DNA of 64,000 bases from Neoechinorhynchus agilis. Lineage: Eukaryota; Animalia; Acanthocephala. This document shows, one piece after another, positions 12,047 through 25,689 of the stretch; within the stretch, counting starts at the first letter, position 1, and every line of letters starts with the position of its first letter. The stretch is from the NCBI GenBank assembly GCA_051530055.1, contig CM121342.1:124001-188000 (forward strand), written 5' to 3'. Made by a program: the position numbers and the translations under genes. Below the pieces are notes generated by a model, which was not told the origin of the DNA, searched no databases, and was given only the letters and a program-made list of their open reading frames with translations.

Positions 12047-13250
12047 GCGTTTGACTCGTCTGCTTGCTACAGCAACCTGTTGACCTTGAGAGCAGTCTTG
12101 AGACAGCGTCGAACAAATAGAATGCCAGTATCAATTGCAGTATTGGATATAACGTCGGCGTTCGACTCCATTTCCCATAGTGCTTTAGATGCAGCCCTTC
12201 GAAATAAAAACTGCCTGAAGTACATTCGCAATTACATTATGGCGCTGTACCGGTCAATTCACACGAGGTTAAGGATGAACAACCAACCGTTGTCTAACCC
12301 GATAAAGTTCAAAAGAGTTCGACAAGGGGGTCACCTCTCCCCTTTCCTTTTTGCCATGTGCCTTGACGATACACTTGTTGCCATAAAAGAAATCAATCTT
12401 GGGTGCCACTTGAAGAACGATTTCTCATTTTCGCACTTAGTCTATGTAGATGACGTGCCTTTCATGGCCGACAATGATAAAAACTTACAAATTATAATCA
12501 ATGCAATGACTGATGGTCTTAATGGAAAAGGATTAGCGCTATCAAGCGAAAAGTGCTACTATTATGCCTACAGATACGTTGACAACAAAACCGTGGCGAG
12601 GCACATCGTTGACTGAAGCAATGGGCGAAGTAGGCAGGTTTTTTCAAGGAATCGACGGTCTCAAGCGGAAACGTAGACCGGCGTCTTTTATCGTTTCGCA
12701 AACGACAAGGCAGGCACACAGACCATGTCGAACAAGTAAAACTCAGATTTCAGCTGCTTGAAGTGTGATCGGTGTTAAATCGTTTTGACAAGAATCGAAC
12801 GAAACAATGCCACCATTGCACGGCTCCGCTCGAAACTTGCGCTCACGTGTTAAAAGTCTGCGAGCACTCATCCAACTCAATGACTAAACTCCACGATGCA
12901 GTTCAACGAAGACTAGTATTGTCGCATAGCAGGAAACACGAAGGAAGCATGATTAGTCGCTTAAATTACCGATATTATGATAAAGCAAGAAACCTATTCA
13001 AACCAGACTTAATAATCGAAAATACGAAAAGCAAACAAATATTTATTGCGGACATTGCGGTTTACCTAAATTGCGGCTTACTATGAGTCAGGAATTGATC
13101 GTGTAGAGGAAGTCATGAAACCAAAAGAAGATAAGTATAAGGCCTTAATTCCCATTGTAACAGCTGAATAACAAGTCGACGAATTTCAAGTTAGTACGTT
13201 AGGTCTAGCGGTTGGTTCACGATGAACGTTAACCAATGCACTAACGCGTC
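12047..13250 (+). mobile_element. 5'-truncated, internally deleted R2-like RT-RLE
   Basis: IAVLDITSAFDSISH; VRQGGHLSPFLF; LVYVDDV; CHHCTAPLETCAHVLKVC; FKPDLII..IADIAV. Confidence 0.9.
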
Positions 13251-13254
13251 GCCT

Positions 13255-13595
13255 GCAGTGCATTTGTCGACCGCTTAAAGATGGGCCACCAATCGTCGAT
13301 CGTCGCGATTAAATGCGGCTCGTGTCATAAAAAATATAACGATGTCGTATCTGCACGCAGTCATGTGAAGCAATGTCGGGAAAAAGATGTATTAAAGAAA
13401 ACGCAACCAATGGCGAAGCCGCAGTGTATCACTGCGTCCTCAAATGCTATCGCAATAATCGCCCGTCTGCAGAATGATAGACGACCTCACGTTTTGCACA
13501 AAACACGCTCAACGCAAGCGATCGACCTATTGAATGACTACGGAATTCCCTTCATGTAATCCCGAAGCTACAAAGTGCCCATGACATGTCGATAA
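13255..13595 (+). mobile_element. R2-like N-terminal CCHC zinc-finger fragment
   Basis: KCGSCHKKYNDVVSARSHVKQC. Confidence 0.75.
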
Positions 13596-13799
13596 CAGAC
13601 CTTAACCCAATTGACCGATATTGGCAGAAGGCCATTAAAAAGATTACATTCTTACCGGCTTACATCAATAATGGCGCGCTTAATCTCCCTCGCAATCAAG
13701 GCGGAATCTGGATCGCCTGAACACACATCCCGAACTCGTCAATAACATATGGGGACGCGAATCAGTTCAAAAGTACGAGTTTGAACGAATGATAGATTA

Positions 13800-14400
13800 A
13801 ACTGAAGAAGGCATGGGAGAGTGCTGGAACCCCCTACCTTCTGTATGGTTACCTACTTTCGTAGGTGCCAGGGAAGCGCAGAGCCAGTTCTTGTCTATGA
13901 ATCATACGCCACAGTCAAAACGGAGGTGTGAAGGGGAACCTCCGTCCAAGGTACAGAAGTTTTCTTGAGATTAAGAGAAATATCCCCCGTCGATTAAACA
14001 GCTCCAATGATAGGGGAAAATGCGTTTCCAATTATTTTCAAAAAAATTACTCACGTTCATTGAGGCTCGAAGGTGCATTCACGAGTTCACGGTGCAAAAG
14101 TAAAAGGAAACCATCAACCCACGAATCGCTCGAATCATCCGCGAACAAAACAGAACGATGCGCTGAACATGCAGACAGCAATAGGGGGCAGACGGCGATT
14201 GTCACGTTCAATTATTTGGCGCGCGTTTAATTTTTCATCGTTGTTTTTAATTGAATAATTTGTGAAATTAGCAATGTAGTCTGCTTGCTCGAAGTCTGTT
14301 TAATTTAACAGCGAGTATATTCGTTTTTCAAAGTATTCCATAAAAAATGTTCATTATCGAATTAACGGGCAGTTCACTTAATCTTGGAGTATAGAGTGTC
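13800..14400 (+). mobile_element. 'HPRY' unit copy 2 with longer 5' leader and AT-rich downstream part
   Basis: TGAATCATACGCCACAGTC at ~13898; NLRPRYRSFLEI; 14230-14340 is homologous to 25480-25690 on the minus strand. Confidence 0.7.
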
Positions 14401-14419
14401 ATTGCTCGCTCTCCTTTAT

Positions 14420-16800
14420 TCGGTATAGAAACACAGCTCCTTTAAAAAGATGTCAAGCTCAAAGGACCTCCTACCTAGTCGACATTTTCAAACGTAAATC
14501 AGGTGGCTATTTTGTGGCATGAGGGTAGATGTCACATAAAAAGCTGAGGTTTATAATGTGGGTAAGAGGTTCGATGAGTTCGGGTATGATGCAGCGAAGA
14601 GCCCAGTCAGGGATTACAGATTGATAGGACGAATTTCCATGCAATTTCTTGATATACTGTCTTCATATGATTACAATCGGGGGTATCGGCGAGTTGACAA
14701 CAGTTTCAGGTGTGGGTGTGAAAGATTGTGTGATGACTGATGTGGAGCAGCGATTGTAAATTGAGTCAGGGAAGAGGTTCTGATTAATGGAATCTAGAAC
14801 CTGTTTTAATTCAGTCTAGGACAAATTATGGAAGGGATCCGGGTGGCGTACACAAAGAGAGTACTTGAAGGCCCGCCACCATGTTGAGATGCCACCTGAA
14901 CTAATTTTAGAGGAAAGGCAGTTTTTGCGGGCGACAAGCATTTTGTCAGTAAGTGCTTTTTGTAAACGGGGAGAGTTTGGAGAGTTATTGTGATGGGCTT
15001 TAGAAGCTTGCTTTTAAGAAGCTTCAAGATGGGATTGTATACGGTGGGTCGCGTTTGGATATCCTAATGAATTTCTTGGAAATTGCCGAAGCTAGGGAAT
15101 TTTTTATGATTGAGGTTAGGGAGGACATAGCCAAGGGAGGGTCACTTGTTTTGTAAGAACGGAATGTGCGGATATTAGAGTTGAACAATTTTATAAAATT
15201 TTGGATGTGATGATATCGTTTATCCCAGACGGGTAAACGGGAGATTTCATACGTTGAGGTGGGGTGGAGATAGTGATAAGGGCAGAGGAATGGTCAGAGT
15301 TCGCGGGGGAGAGGGAGTTTAGAGGCGGGTGGGTAGGCACTGATATTTGCGAACACTTTGTCGAGGTGAGCGTCAATACGAGTTGGGAAGTCAATAAGTT
15401 GACGCAACTCGAAAAAGGGTGGAAAAAATAGATATTGGTCCCCTGCGACTAAGAAATGATGCGAATTTGCGGAGTTTATGAGCTCAACCTTAGAGTCAAC
15501 TTGGAGCAAGGAGGACTCAGTACGAGAGACCAGAGGGCGATAGACGCCAGCAATGTTGAATTCTCTAAGGCCTTTTCTTAGAGGAGCTATGAAATGGACT
15601 GCGATGAATTCTAGATCGGGGTTTTGTAGAGAGCCTGTGAGAAATAAAGGGTAAGGTAGCATTTGCTTACGTAAATTTAGACCCCCTCCTGGACGGTCAT
15701 CGCGGCACGTATGGAAGGAACAGTACTTGGGAAGGATGGCTAAAAAGCCGTTGAAGGGGTTAAGCCACGTTTCTGTTAATATGACTACATCGGCTTTTGC
15801 GGTAGATGAAATTAGTGAAATTTCATCTAGTTTAGGAAGGATGCTACGAGTATTGAAGTAGAAAACGGTCGGGATGGGAATTTTGGATTTCGGAAAATAG
15901 GGGGCGGAATTGAGGGAGTTTGGGGTTGCGTTGTTCGTTGCGGGTGGTTGGTTAAGGAAGAAATCGTTACGGGATTCCGATAAAGAACGGTTGATTACCC
16001 CATGGATAGAAGTCCAGGACGACTCGAAAATTTGAGTTGGGATGAGTGGTTGGTAATAATGGAAATGAGTTTAATGTTAAGACTTTGTATGGATCAGCTA
16101 CGGTATGGTGATTTTGAGTAGGAGTAGAGAGATAATTTTTTTCTTGATTCGGGAAAAGCGAGTATTTAATGTGGAAGGGCTGGGAGATTGACCTTTGTTG
16201 TTATTCGGGCTCTGATGGAGTTGCACATAATCAAAGAAACTGGAAAGTCGCCTATTCTTTGAATTTTGGGATGGGGAGATGTTCGTAGGTGTTCGCTAAA
16301 AGTGACGGGTTACATTGGGAAGATGAGATGTTGGTTTAGTTTGGAGGGGCGGTGGAAAGATTTTGTGATGTGTTCTTATGTGGATAGATTCGTAAAGAAA
16401 ATTGAGAAGTAAGGAGTTTGTATCTCCTCTTAAGAAAGAGGGAGGCTACGAATGGTGAAATAAAAGTTAATTTGAGGAGACGTGGTCTCGGGTTAAAGGG
16501 ATTTTTGGAGGGAATGTGCATAACTGTTAATGGGGAGGAATAGTAGAGTGAGTGTCGGGGAAAAGGAGTTGACCGATTCGAAGGATTTGGTGGCGGTTGT
16601 GTGCATCAGCGGCGACTGTATCTGTAAAAGGGGCTTCCGGCAGATTAGAAATAAATATGGTACGATTTCTATCCTCGAGAGGGGAATGCATGATGCGATG
16701 GGTCGAGTTCAGAGTAGCGAGGGATGATGGTTGGGATTGGGAAGGCGTATCATTACAGAAATGAATCGGAGGGTTGATTGATTTCGATTGCGTTCCTCCT
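14420..16800 (-). mobile_element. CR1/L2-type LINE fragment (APE endonuclease and RT start)
   Basis: FNTRSILPKLDEI..VILTETWLNP (~15760-15870); IAGVYRP; LVAGD; FPTRIDAHLDKVF; SDH; LIEPLTHIINLSF. Confidence 0.85.
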
Positions 16801-17439
16801 CGTGCTCTTTAAGCCGGATCGCTTTCTTTTTTTTCTATCGTTACCTATTATCCCAGTCACATTATCATACTCCTCCACAGTAAGATTAGAATCATAAAGT
16901 ACTGCAGGCTGAATATCCTCAAAGGGTGGTATCTGTCGTTCCCTTGCTAGTCATGATCCCAACCTTCTTGTGGCAACTAACCGCTTTCTAACAACACACC
17001 CCACATGCACACTCAAACGTACAATATCAACGCGCACGATCAATAATCATGCGTTGCGTGGTCACCGCAGTACCAAGTCCCCAGTAAAAGTCAAAATAAT
17101 CGCAGTCTTTAGAACACACCGTATTCTCCTTTGTGGTCGCTTCGCTGTCCGATTTCAGTATACCTTTAGTCTGTTTCTTAGAATTCACCTTTGAAACCTT
17201 GGTCTGAATTTTTGAACCGTTAGCTTTCTTCCCTTTGCACTTTTTGACTTTAGCCTCCGCTAATATATCCTCAACTGTGCTCATCACTTTAATTAATGAG
17301 TCCTCTTGAGTTTCAGTAACTCGTTCAAACTACTTCTGTATTGCAAAATCAAGAAGATCGGAATACTTGTCCCATTCTAGTTAATCGTTCATTGATTTGA
17401 GGACGTTCACGAGAGAGGGGAAGCAGATCGAGAGAGGAC

Positions 17440-17700
17440 GTAGACATGCTTTATCGTCTTTTATTATTTTTCTGGTTAGGTAAACTAAAGACAAAGATGG
17501 CCACTGCGACAAAAACCGATATATACAGGTTAAATCAGCGTTAAAATTTGATTAAGAAAAGTTAAATTAATTATAAATGATGTTTGAATGTTAATAATCA
17601 CGGTTGTTTGTAAAAAAAAGTTAAAAACGAATAACGCAAGAAGCATTAAAGCTATCGCGAATCTTAAAAGAGATTTGCAATCAACGCGTCGAGAAGTACA
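17440..17700. repeat. Partial family A (453 bp) satellite unit
   Basis: GGTAAACTAAAGACAAAGATG..AATCAGCGTTAAAATTTG..AATCACGGTTGTTTG matches 36690-38600. Confidence 0.75.
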
Positions 17701-20700
17701 AAATATCACTATGTTACTGCTTCACTTGATCAAGACGCTGCTATAAGGATTATGGACATTCTGGAATCACCGCTAAAGTCAGGAAAGTACGCCCAGCTCA
17801 AAGAGCGCTTGCTGAAAACGTATAGTTTGTCACAGAGTGGGAGGGCAAATCGAATCCTTCACATAAGGGAGCTTGGAGACGAAAAGCCTTCGGCGTTAAT
17901 GGATGAGATGCTAGCGTACCTCGAAAGCAACCCACCATGTTTCTTATTCCGCGAAATATTTCTTAAACGCATGCCTGAGGAGATCCGATCTATTCTAGTT
18001 CATTAAAAAATAACCGAACCTCGTGAGCTTGTACGCGCTGCCGACAACATTTGGCAATCAAGGCAGCCTTTAGCGTCCTCAATTAAGAAAAAGATTACGG
18101 CCAGGCAAATCCTAGTAGCAGTATCGGATTTATGCTATTGCTACCGTAAATTTGGAGATAGAGCAAGGAAATGTAGATCACCTTGTAAGCGATCAACGGA
18201 TTTAAAATTGAAAGCCAACCCAAAAAACGAATTGATCGATCATTAGTAGAGGCAATGATGATCGGTCCCTCTGTCAATAGCCTCTTTTTCCTAAACGAAC
18301 GCCAAACTGGACGACGGTTCCTAGTCGATACTGGTGCCGAAGTCAGCGTCCTTCCAAGCACAACACTCGATGAACAGACCAAACCCTTTGACAGAGCACT
18401 TACAGCTGCAAACGGTTCAACAATCCCAACATTCGGAAACAAGCTACCGCAGTTGAATTTCGGTAAAACTCAGACGGAATGGATGTTAACTCTTGCCGCG
18501 GTTAAACGCCCTATTCTAGGTGCTGATTTCCTTCGACACTCTGGTTAACTGGTCGACGTAACGAATAAGCAGCTGGTTAGTGCAGAAACTATCGCAACGA
18601 TACCATTAGTCTCCGTTCCTATATCGATCGAAGCCCTCAGCGTCGATTTCCTCGGATCGAAGAACGACGAATTTAGTAAAATTCTCGCAGATTTCCCCGA
18701 TATAACGTGACCTACCTTTTCGGACGCTTTGACCAAACATGTAGTGGAGCACATTATTGAGACACAAGGACAACCACTCCATGCTAGAGCGCGACGCCAC
18801 CCGCCAGATAAACTCGCTATTACTAAATCCGAATTCAAAAATATGGAGGATCTTGGAATCATTAGACGCCCAAATAGGCAGTGGTCGTCTCCGTTGCATC
18901 TCGTACTCAAATCAGGCGGTTGATGGCGTCCTTGTGGCGATTATCGCAGGCTAAAGATATCCCAACGCCCGACAGATATCCGATTCCTCGAATGCAAGAT
19001 TTTTCAGCTAAACTCGCTGGAAAAACGATTTTCTCGAATTTAGACCTCGTCCGAGGGTATCATCAAATTCGGGTGGCGGAACAAGGCATACCAAAAACTG
19101 CGATTACTACACCTTTTGGACTTTTTGAATTTCTTCGTATGCCTTTCGGGTTGAAAAATGCTACACAAACATTCCAGTGGTTAATGGATACGGTTTGTTC
19201 CGTCTACTTCCATGATATACTGATACCTACTAACATTGTTCGATCGACTCTCAGAGTACGGCCTCATTCTGAACCCAGATAAGTGTGAGTTCGGGGTAGA
19301 ACAGATCGATTTCCTAGGACACCGTGTAAGTGGACGTTCGCAGTTTCTCTCCTCCAACATCCACCAAAGCTTTGCAAGGATTTGTTGGTATGGTAAATTA
19401 TTATCATCATTTCATCCCTTCGGCAGTCCGTCTGATACCAAGCGCTTTCAGGTAAAACAAATCTACGAAGTTTTTCTTGGACAGTTGAAATGGCTTCAGC
19501 ATTCGAAAAAACTGAAGCCGCTCTAGCAAACGCAACGATGCCTTCACATTCAGTGACCGACGCACCAATCTCTATCCGTACAAATGCATTCGAGTTCGCT
19601 ATTTGCGCTGTTCTACAGCAGAAAGTGTCCGATTCATGGCAGCCGCTGGCATTCTTCAGCAAACAACTGTGTAAACCTGAACAACGGTACAGCACTTTCG
19701 ATCGCGAGCTTCTGACCATGTATCTCGCTGTCCGACATTTTCGATATTACGTCGAGGGCCGATCGTATACGATTTACACTGATCATCGACCTTTAGTTTA
19801 TGCGATGTCAACGACATTTGAATTATATATCTGAGTTCACGACCAATATCGAACACATTAATGGACAAGAGAACCAAGTTGCCGATGCATTGTCCCGCGT
19901 TGATTATTTAGCCAGTATTTCCGAAGGAATATCGATTGAAGCGATGGCAGAAGATCAAAAGTCTGATCAACACATCAGGGCATATCGTTCAGCGAATACC
20001 TCGCTACATTTGAAAGAAATTCCTTTCAACGGCACAGGACAGACTATTTTGTGTGACATTTTGGATTGACCGTTATAGACCGCTGGTACCATCATCTTGG
20101 ACGAAACGAGTTTTCGAGGCTGTACACCAGGTTTCCCACCCTGGAATCAAAGCATATCAAAGGAGGTCAATGCCTGGGTTCAGTCATGTATCGGATGTCG
20201 AAAGGCTAAGGTTCAAAGACGTATACGAGCACCGCTTTCGACTTTCGAACCTCCGCAGCGTCGATTTGATCACATCCATATAGATTTAGTAGGTCCGCTA
20301 CCGGCATCACAAAGTTTCTCTTGTTTATTAACCGTGATAGACCGATATACTCGATGACCCGAGGCGATTCCTTTAAATAATACTGACGCCGTCACGTGTG
20401 CAAGAGCACTTATCAGCCAATGGATAGCTCGTTTCGGTATTCCTAGCGACATCACCTCCGATCGAGGACCACAGTTCATATCAGAGTTGTGGAGAACAAC
20501 CGCAGAATATTTAGGAATGAAGCTAAACCGCACAACAGCGTATCATCCTCACGCCAATGGAATGGTAGAAAGATTCCACGGCATCTGAAATCGGCTTTGA
20601 AAGCTCGCCTCTGCGGAAACAATTGGATCGACAGATTGCCTTGGATTTTGTTAGGAATTCGCATCCCGCCCAAAGCCGACCTTGATTCCTCGGCAGCAGA

Positions 20701-20995
20701 GCATGTATATGGAAGTGCCACCAACATACCTGCCGATTTTCTTAATTCTTCACTTAGCCAAGTCGATTCTCACATATATCTACAACGGCTACGTAATAAG
20801 GTTAAATCTCTTGCGCCCATACCCGTCGTGACCCATGGTAAAGTGAAGACGTTTGTACTACATGCTATCAGTAGACCATCGTTCGTTTTTGTAAGACGCG
20901 GTCAGCATAAGAATCCTATACAGGCGCCGTCATGATCGATCTTGGTGGAAAACCAGAGAACGTATCGATAGATCGCCTCAAACAAGCGTATACCG
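17700..20995 (+). mobile_element. Decayed Gypsy (CsRn1/Kabuki-like) gag-pol internal region
   Basis: gag KYAQLKERLL..LGDEKPSALMDEM; protease FLVDTGAEVSV; [44 protein letters not shown]; RNase H WQPLAFFSKQL..YSTFDRELL; integrase HPG, HIDLVGPLP, DRGPQF. The clade label is inferred from motif style. Confidence 0.93.
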
Positions 20996-21009
20996 ATCAT
21001 AAGGAGGGT

Positions 21010-21200
21010 AGTCGCGCTCTCGTAACGTTTTGGACATAGTTTCATGACTTAGTGTCATATGCGGACGTAATGTCTAGTACCGCTATATGGAGGGGTTCCT
21101 TTTTGTATCGCTTTCGCTTCGTAATGCTCCTTAATATAAGGATGTTTGATAAGCATGGTGTACTGCCAAACGCGGTTTGATGTCCAGATACTGGACATAC
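21010..21200 (-). mobile_element. Short 5'-truncated R2-like RT fragment joined to the 28S copy
   Basis: Minus translation HQTAFGSTPCLSNILILRSITKRKRYKKEPLHIAVLDITSAYDT. Confidence 0.8.
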
Positions 21201-21241
21201 GTCCACCGTTTACCCGCGCTTAAATTAATTTCTTCACTTTA

Positions 21242-21272
<31 letters not shown>

Positions 21273-23740
21273 CTTCAACACCGATTACAGCTATCGCAAT
21301 GCTTTGTTTTAATTAAACAGTTGCATTCCCCTTGTTCATACCAGTTCTAGGCCAGCTGTTTAACGCTGATCGGATCCCCGCGCAAGAAGCGAGCGTGCCA
21401 GTTTGGATACGCCGAACAAACGCGGAGCATAGCTATCGCTGCCAACAGTACGCAGCACTAAGTTCCGTCCTCAAAATCGACTCTTTCGCAAGAGCAAATA
21501 ACTGAGACAGATCCAAGAGTCGACAACATAACGCTTCTCGCGACAGACCGGCCAACTCAGCTTTCCGAAGTAACGGATCTAATTTGATGACTTCCCTTGC
21601 CTACGTTTCCCTATCGACTAGAGGCTACTAACCTTGGAGACCTGCTACGGAAATCAGTACGAATAGGCCCGGTCTGAATATTCTCGCACCCAGATTTTCA
21701 AGGACAATACGAAGCGCTCGGTACATCGCTGGAATCGCGCTGCATTACGGAACGTGTACCCTATCAACAGACGATCTAATTCCAGGGATAAAGTTCCTAA
21801 CAAGGAAGAGAAAACTCTTCCCAGACTTCGTATAGTTATTCTCTGGGATTGCTCGTGTCACCACTTATGCTGAACATCATATGCACAATAAGACCATCTG
21901 AATAGATCAAGCATAAACCGCATCCTGGCTCGGGAATATTAACCCGATTCCCTTTCGATTGTATTGCGCAATGCAACACGCTTAATCACGAATTTGCACG
22001 TTTTCTTAGGATCGGCTGATCCATGTCCAAATGTTGTTCACATTGAACATTTCTTCACTTCAGTCTTCAATGCTCTCATTTGAATACTTGCTACTACCAC
22101 CAAGATCTGCACTAGCGGCGGCTGCACTCCATCCCACGGTGCAAGTTTCAACACCACCGCATACGCCCTTCTACACGTCAAGCCATTTGTACATTTGAGT
22201 CTGGCATTGACGGGCAAGCATGTATATACGTCTCCAGCGCCAACCATTTTCAGGGCCAGTCGATTCGGCAGGTGAGTTTTTACACACTCCTTAGCGGATT
22301 CCTACTTCTGCGGCCACCGTCCTGCTGTCAATATCGACTGACACCTTTCATGGTATCTCATGAGAGGCACTTTTGGCACCCTAGCTCAACGTTTGGTTCA
22401 TCCCACATCGCCAGTTCTGCTTACCAAAAATGGCCCACTTGGTGCCATCGCATTTACACCCGACACTCAGCAGCAGCATAAGCAACTGTGAAGAAGTGAC
22501 CGAGCTTATTACCCATTTAAAGTTTGAGAATAGGTCGAGGACAATTCGTCCCCAATGCCTCTAATCATTCGCTTTACCAGATAAAACTGTCTTATGCAAC
22601 ACCAGCTTTCCTGGGGGAAACTTCGAAGGGAACCAGCTACTAGATGGTTCGATTAGTCTTTCGCCCCTATACCCAAATCTGACGATTGATTTGCACGTCA
22701 AAAACGCTAGGGACCTCCACCAGAGTTTCCTCCGGCTTCATCCTACTCAGGCATAGTTCACCATCTTTCGGGTCTCAACATGTACGCTCAATTGCGAACA
22801 ACAACCAACAGTACCTTGCATGTGCCATCCATCATAGGTGATGACCCGGCTAACGGCCAATAACCGCAGCTGGTTATCACAATCATTAACAAACTCGCGT
22901 TAACTATGCTATCCAGCTTTATTGATCTGGATAACTCGCGCATTTGTTGAACTCCTTAGCCCGTGTTTCAAGACGGTTCAAATGATGCCGCCGTTTTACC
23001 CGCATTATCATCTCGAACATCCGACTGAATCCGCAATCAATATCGACGAACAAGCCACACAGTGAGTGGAACACCGAAAGAATTCAACGGTGCTGGCGAT
23101 TACGTCATTGGAATGCTCAATTTTGGTTTAAAAACTCAACCTCAACCGACCGTTGCCTGCAAGGGCAATTTGACGACCACTTAGATATGTGCTCTTGCGA
23201 ACTCATCCAATGTCAATTCACCAATATCGACAAAGTCAATAGGTGAAGCTCAACGCGTCTGCGGCAGAGGCAAAGTCATGCAGAGCGTCAGCCAACAAAG
23301 TGCGATGTGCACTGCAGCACACATACACGAGTGTGTGGTATGTACCAGCAGATAACACACCTGAATTGCCAAGACCGAACCTTATGCGTACTTATTTGCT
23401 TTTCAATGTGCAATTTCACGTACTATTTAACTCTCTTTTCAAAGTCCTTTTCGAATTTCGGTCACGGTACTTCTTCGTTATCGACACCGCCGTCATATTT
23501 AGTTTTGTATGGAGTTTACCACACATATTTGAATTGCAATCTCAAACAATTCGACTCACAAATCAGTTCTAGGGAACAGTAGTCAAGGCGTAGCAAATAC
23601 GGGACTATCACCCTCTTCGGCCAAAGCCGTATTCAACCTGGACTTATTACCACGCAACTGAACCCACAAACTGATCGTACACCACAATTCGCAGCTGACA
23701 AGTCAGCGCGATTCAGTTATGAACTTTTCCCTGTTCATTC
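21201..23740 (-). rRNA. 28S: 28S (LSU) rRNA, ~2.5 kb partial/orphan copy from near the 5' end to ~19 nt before the R2 site
   Basis: Reverse complements of conserved LSU motifs: CCGTTTACCCGCGC, CAGAGCACTGGGCAGAAATCAC, CCTTGGAGACCTGCT, GGAACCAGCTACTAGATGGTTCGATTAGTCTTTCGCCCC, CCGTGTTTCAAGACGG, GGTCACGGTACTT. Confidence 0.97.
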
Positions 23741-23879
23741 AGACTTGAGACGATGATTGGACTTGATGTTACTGAATCTTGCCGGTCACGTACGACTCTT
23801 TACGAATATAACAAATGCGATTTGCGACGTCGCGTTATCGAAACGTCCAAAAAAAGATCGCATTATGATTCTCCGTCTA

Positions 23880-24760
23880 CTGTCAATTGAATGTTGCTGT
23901 GCTTTTAATTCAGTACGTGAGCAAACTTTTCCGGTTCTGTGATTTCATCGACTAAGATAAAAGTGTCATCTACGTTTCTCTGGCGGAACTGCACACCAGG
24001 TAGGCTTGATACGTTCCTAGCCTCCCATTCGCGCATCAACAATTCGGTTAGAACTGGGGCAAGAGGACTCCCCGTGGACAGTTCATCTACTTGATCATAG
24101 CTCTCGCCTTCGAAGTTTGACATCAGCAAAAATCATTCTATTTTCTGCACATGCGAGCGCCTTCAATCTCCCTGTGAACACCACACCTGATGACACGGTG
24201 TGCTCATCCGGAGGCACTAAGTTTCTTAACATGGTAGCCAATATCAAGCTGTTTACGTATTATATGCAGAATGCGATGCAATAATTGGCCCAGCCTCTAA
24301 TGGGCTTATGTACTTTTGCCAATAAGTACATGTTAGGTGTAAGTCCGTTGTTGGAACGATGTTTTTGGTATATTTTCTCGTCTATCCTTCCATGCTTCTT
24401 TAGTGCAAGTACATATTGGTTGAACATATTTTCTCGTTTTGTAGTGGGCATATATTATTAGATCGGAACTCTGGACCCGATAAGATATCTGCAGCCATTC
24501 TATGATAGTGTTCTTCATCTACAATAAAGAAACTTCTGCCTTTGTCCAACTTCATGATACGTATCTCCTTAATTCGATTAAGATTATTCATTGCTAAGAT
24601 CAATCGTTGGGGCAAGTTAGTACGTTTGATTCTGTTTCCTTGATGTCGCAATGCATCTACTTACCATAATGGAATTGTGATTCCGGTAAATTTGGCCTTA
24701 GATATCTTCTCAATTTCAAGGGTTTATCTCATGTTGTTGAGTTTTCCACGAATATAATAA
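23880..24760 (-). mobile_element. Penelope-like element RT fragment (copy 1)
   Basis: PNMYLLAKVHKP; IMKLDKG; FEGESYDQVDELSTGSPLAPVLTEL..NVDDTF. Confidence 0.85.
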
Positions 24761-25689
24761 ATTCGATACTTCGTCATTGTTTCCGTTATTTAATTTTTTT
24801 TTGTCTTCGCCGCGTTACGGTGTGTGGACAATTGGATGGTAACCGATACTCTTAATGATCCTAAGAAGTATGCCGGTTAGTTCGTTAACTAATCTTTTGT
24901 TGTGTAAACTTTTGTAATTTTATTGCAAGATTTTCATGCCATGGATCCACCAAGCAAGATGGGACAACGTTCAACGATGCTGCTCATTTTACGCTACATC
25001 ACCAACAAATCTACTCATCATTTTTTAGCGGATAATTTTGTGTCGTTCAATAACGCGATCGTCAAGTTTATACCCAACACTACTAAATGTTCAATGCATT
25101 TAACATTGAACGTTTTAATCAACAACCACTGTCGTTAGCTTCTCTTCCTGTTCCGAGAGCCTTGACTGACAAACTTTACAAGCACTCACCCGCGTCATTG
25201 CTTTTATGCTATGCCTAGCCCTTACTAGGATCTTTTCTCCGAGATTAAGTGAACGTTTATAAGATAAGGTGGCCGTTAGTCATTTTCTGCAAATAAGTTA
25301 GGTTGAAATTTTTTAACGTTGCATTCTTTTTTAAAGCGAAGTGGTTTTTAACGTTTTTAATTACAGAACCAACTAATCCATCTGATTGAATTTTTTATGC
25401 TACCACCTTTAAAAATCAATTGTAAATTTTCATCTGAAGAGACTTAAAACTGTCCGTCAATTCAATAATGAGCATTAAAAACACTTTAGAAGACGAATAA
25501 AATCGTTCTTAATTTGAAAACACTTCGAGAAAGCAGACTACATGGCTTCTTTTTTCGAATTATTTTTCTAAGGACGCTCGGAAAGTAGAACAAGGACGAA
25601 AACCAACATTGCTGAAAGGAACGACCTCCCAAGCGAGAGAAAATTTCAAAGAAATGTTGTGATTTATTTTTCCATTAAAAAATGATGAT

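Noticed and set aside
22038-23582. ORFs 22038-22247, 22272-22481, 23243-23572, 23307-23582
   Set aside because: They lie inside the 28S rRNA sequence; chance ORFs
25425-25510. Penelope-associated hammerhead (CTGAAGAGAC...GTC)
   Set aside because: No GAAA after stem II and stems I/III were not identifiable; the same holds at ~40205
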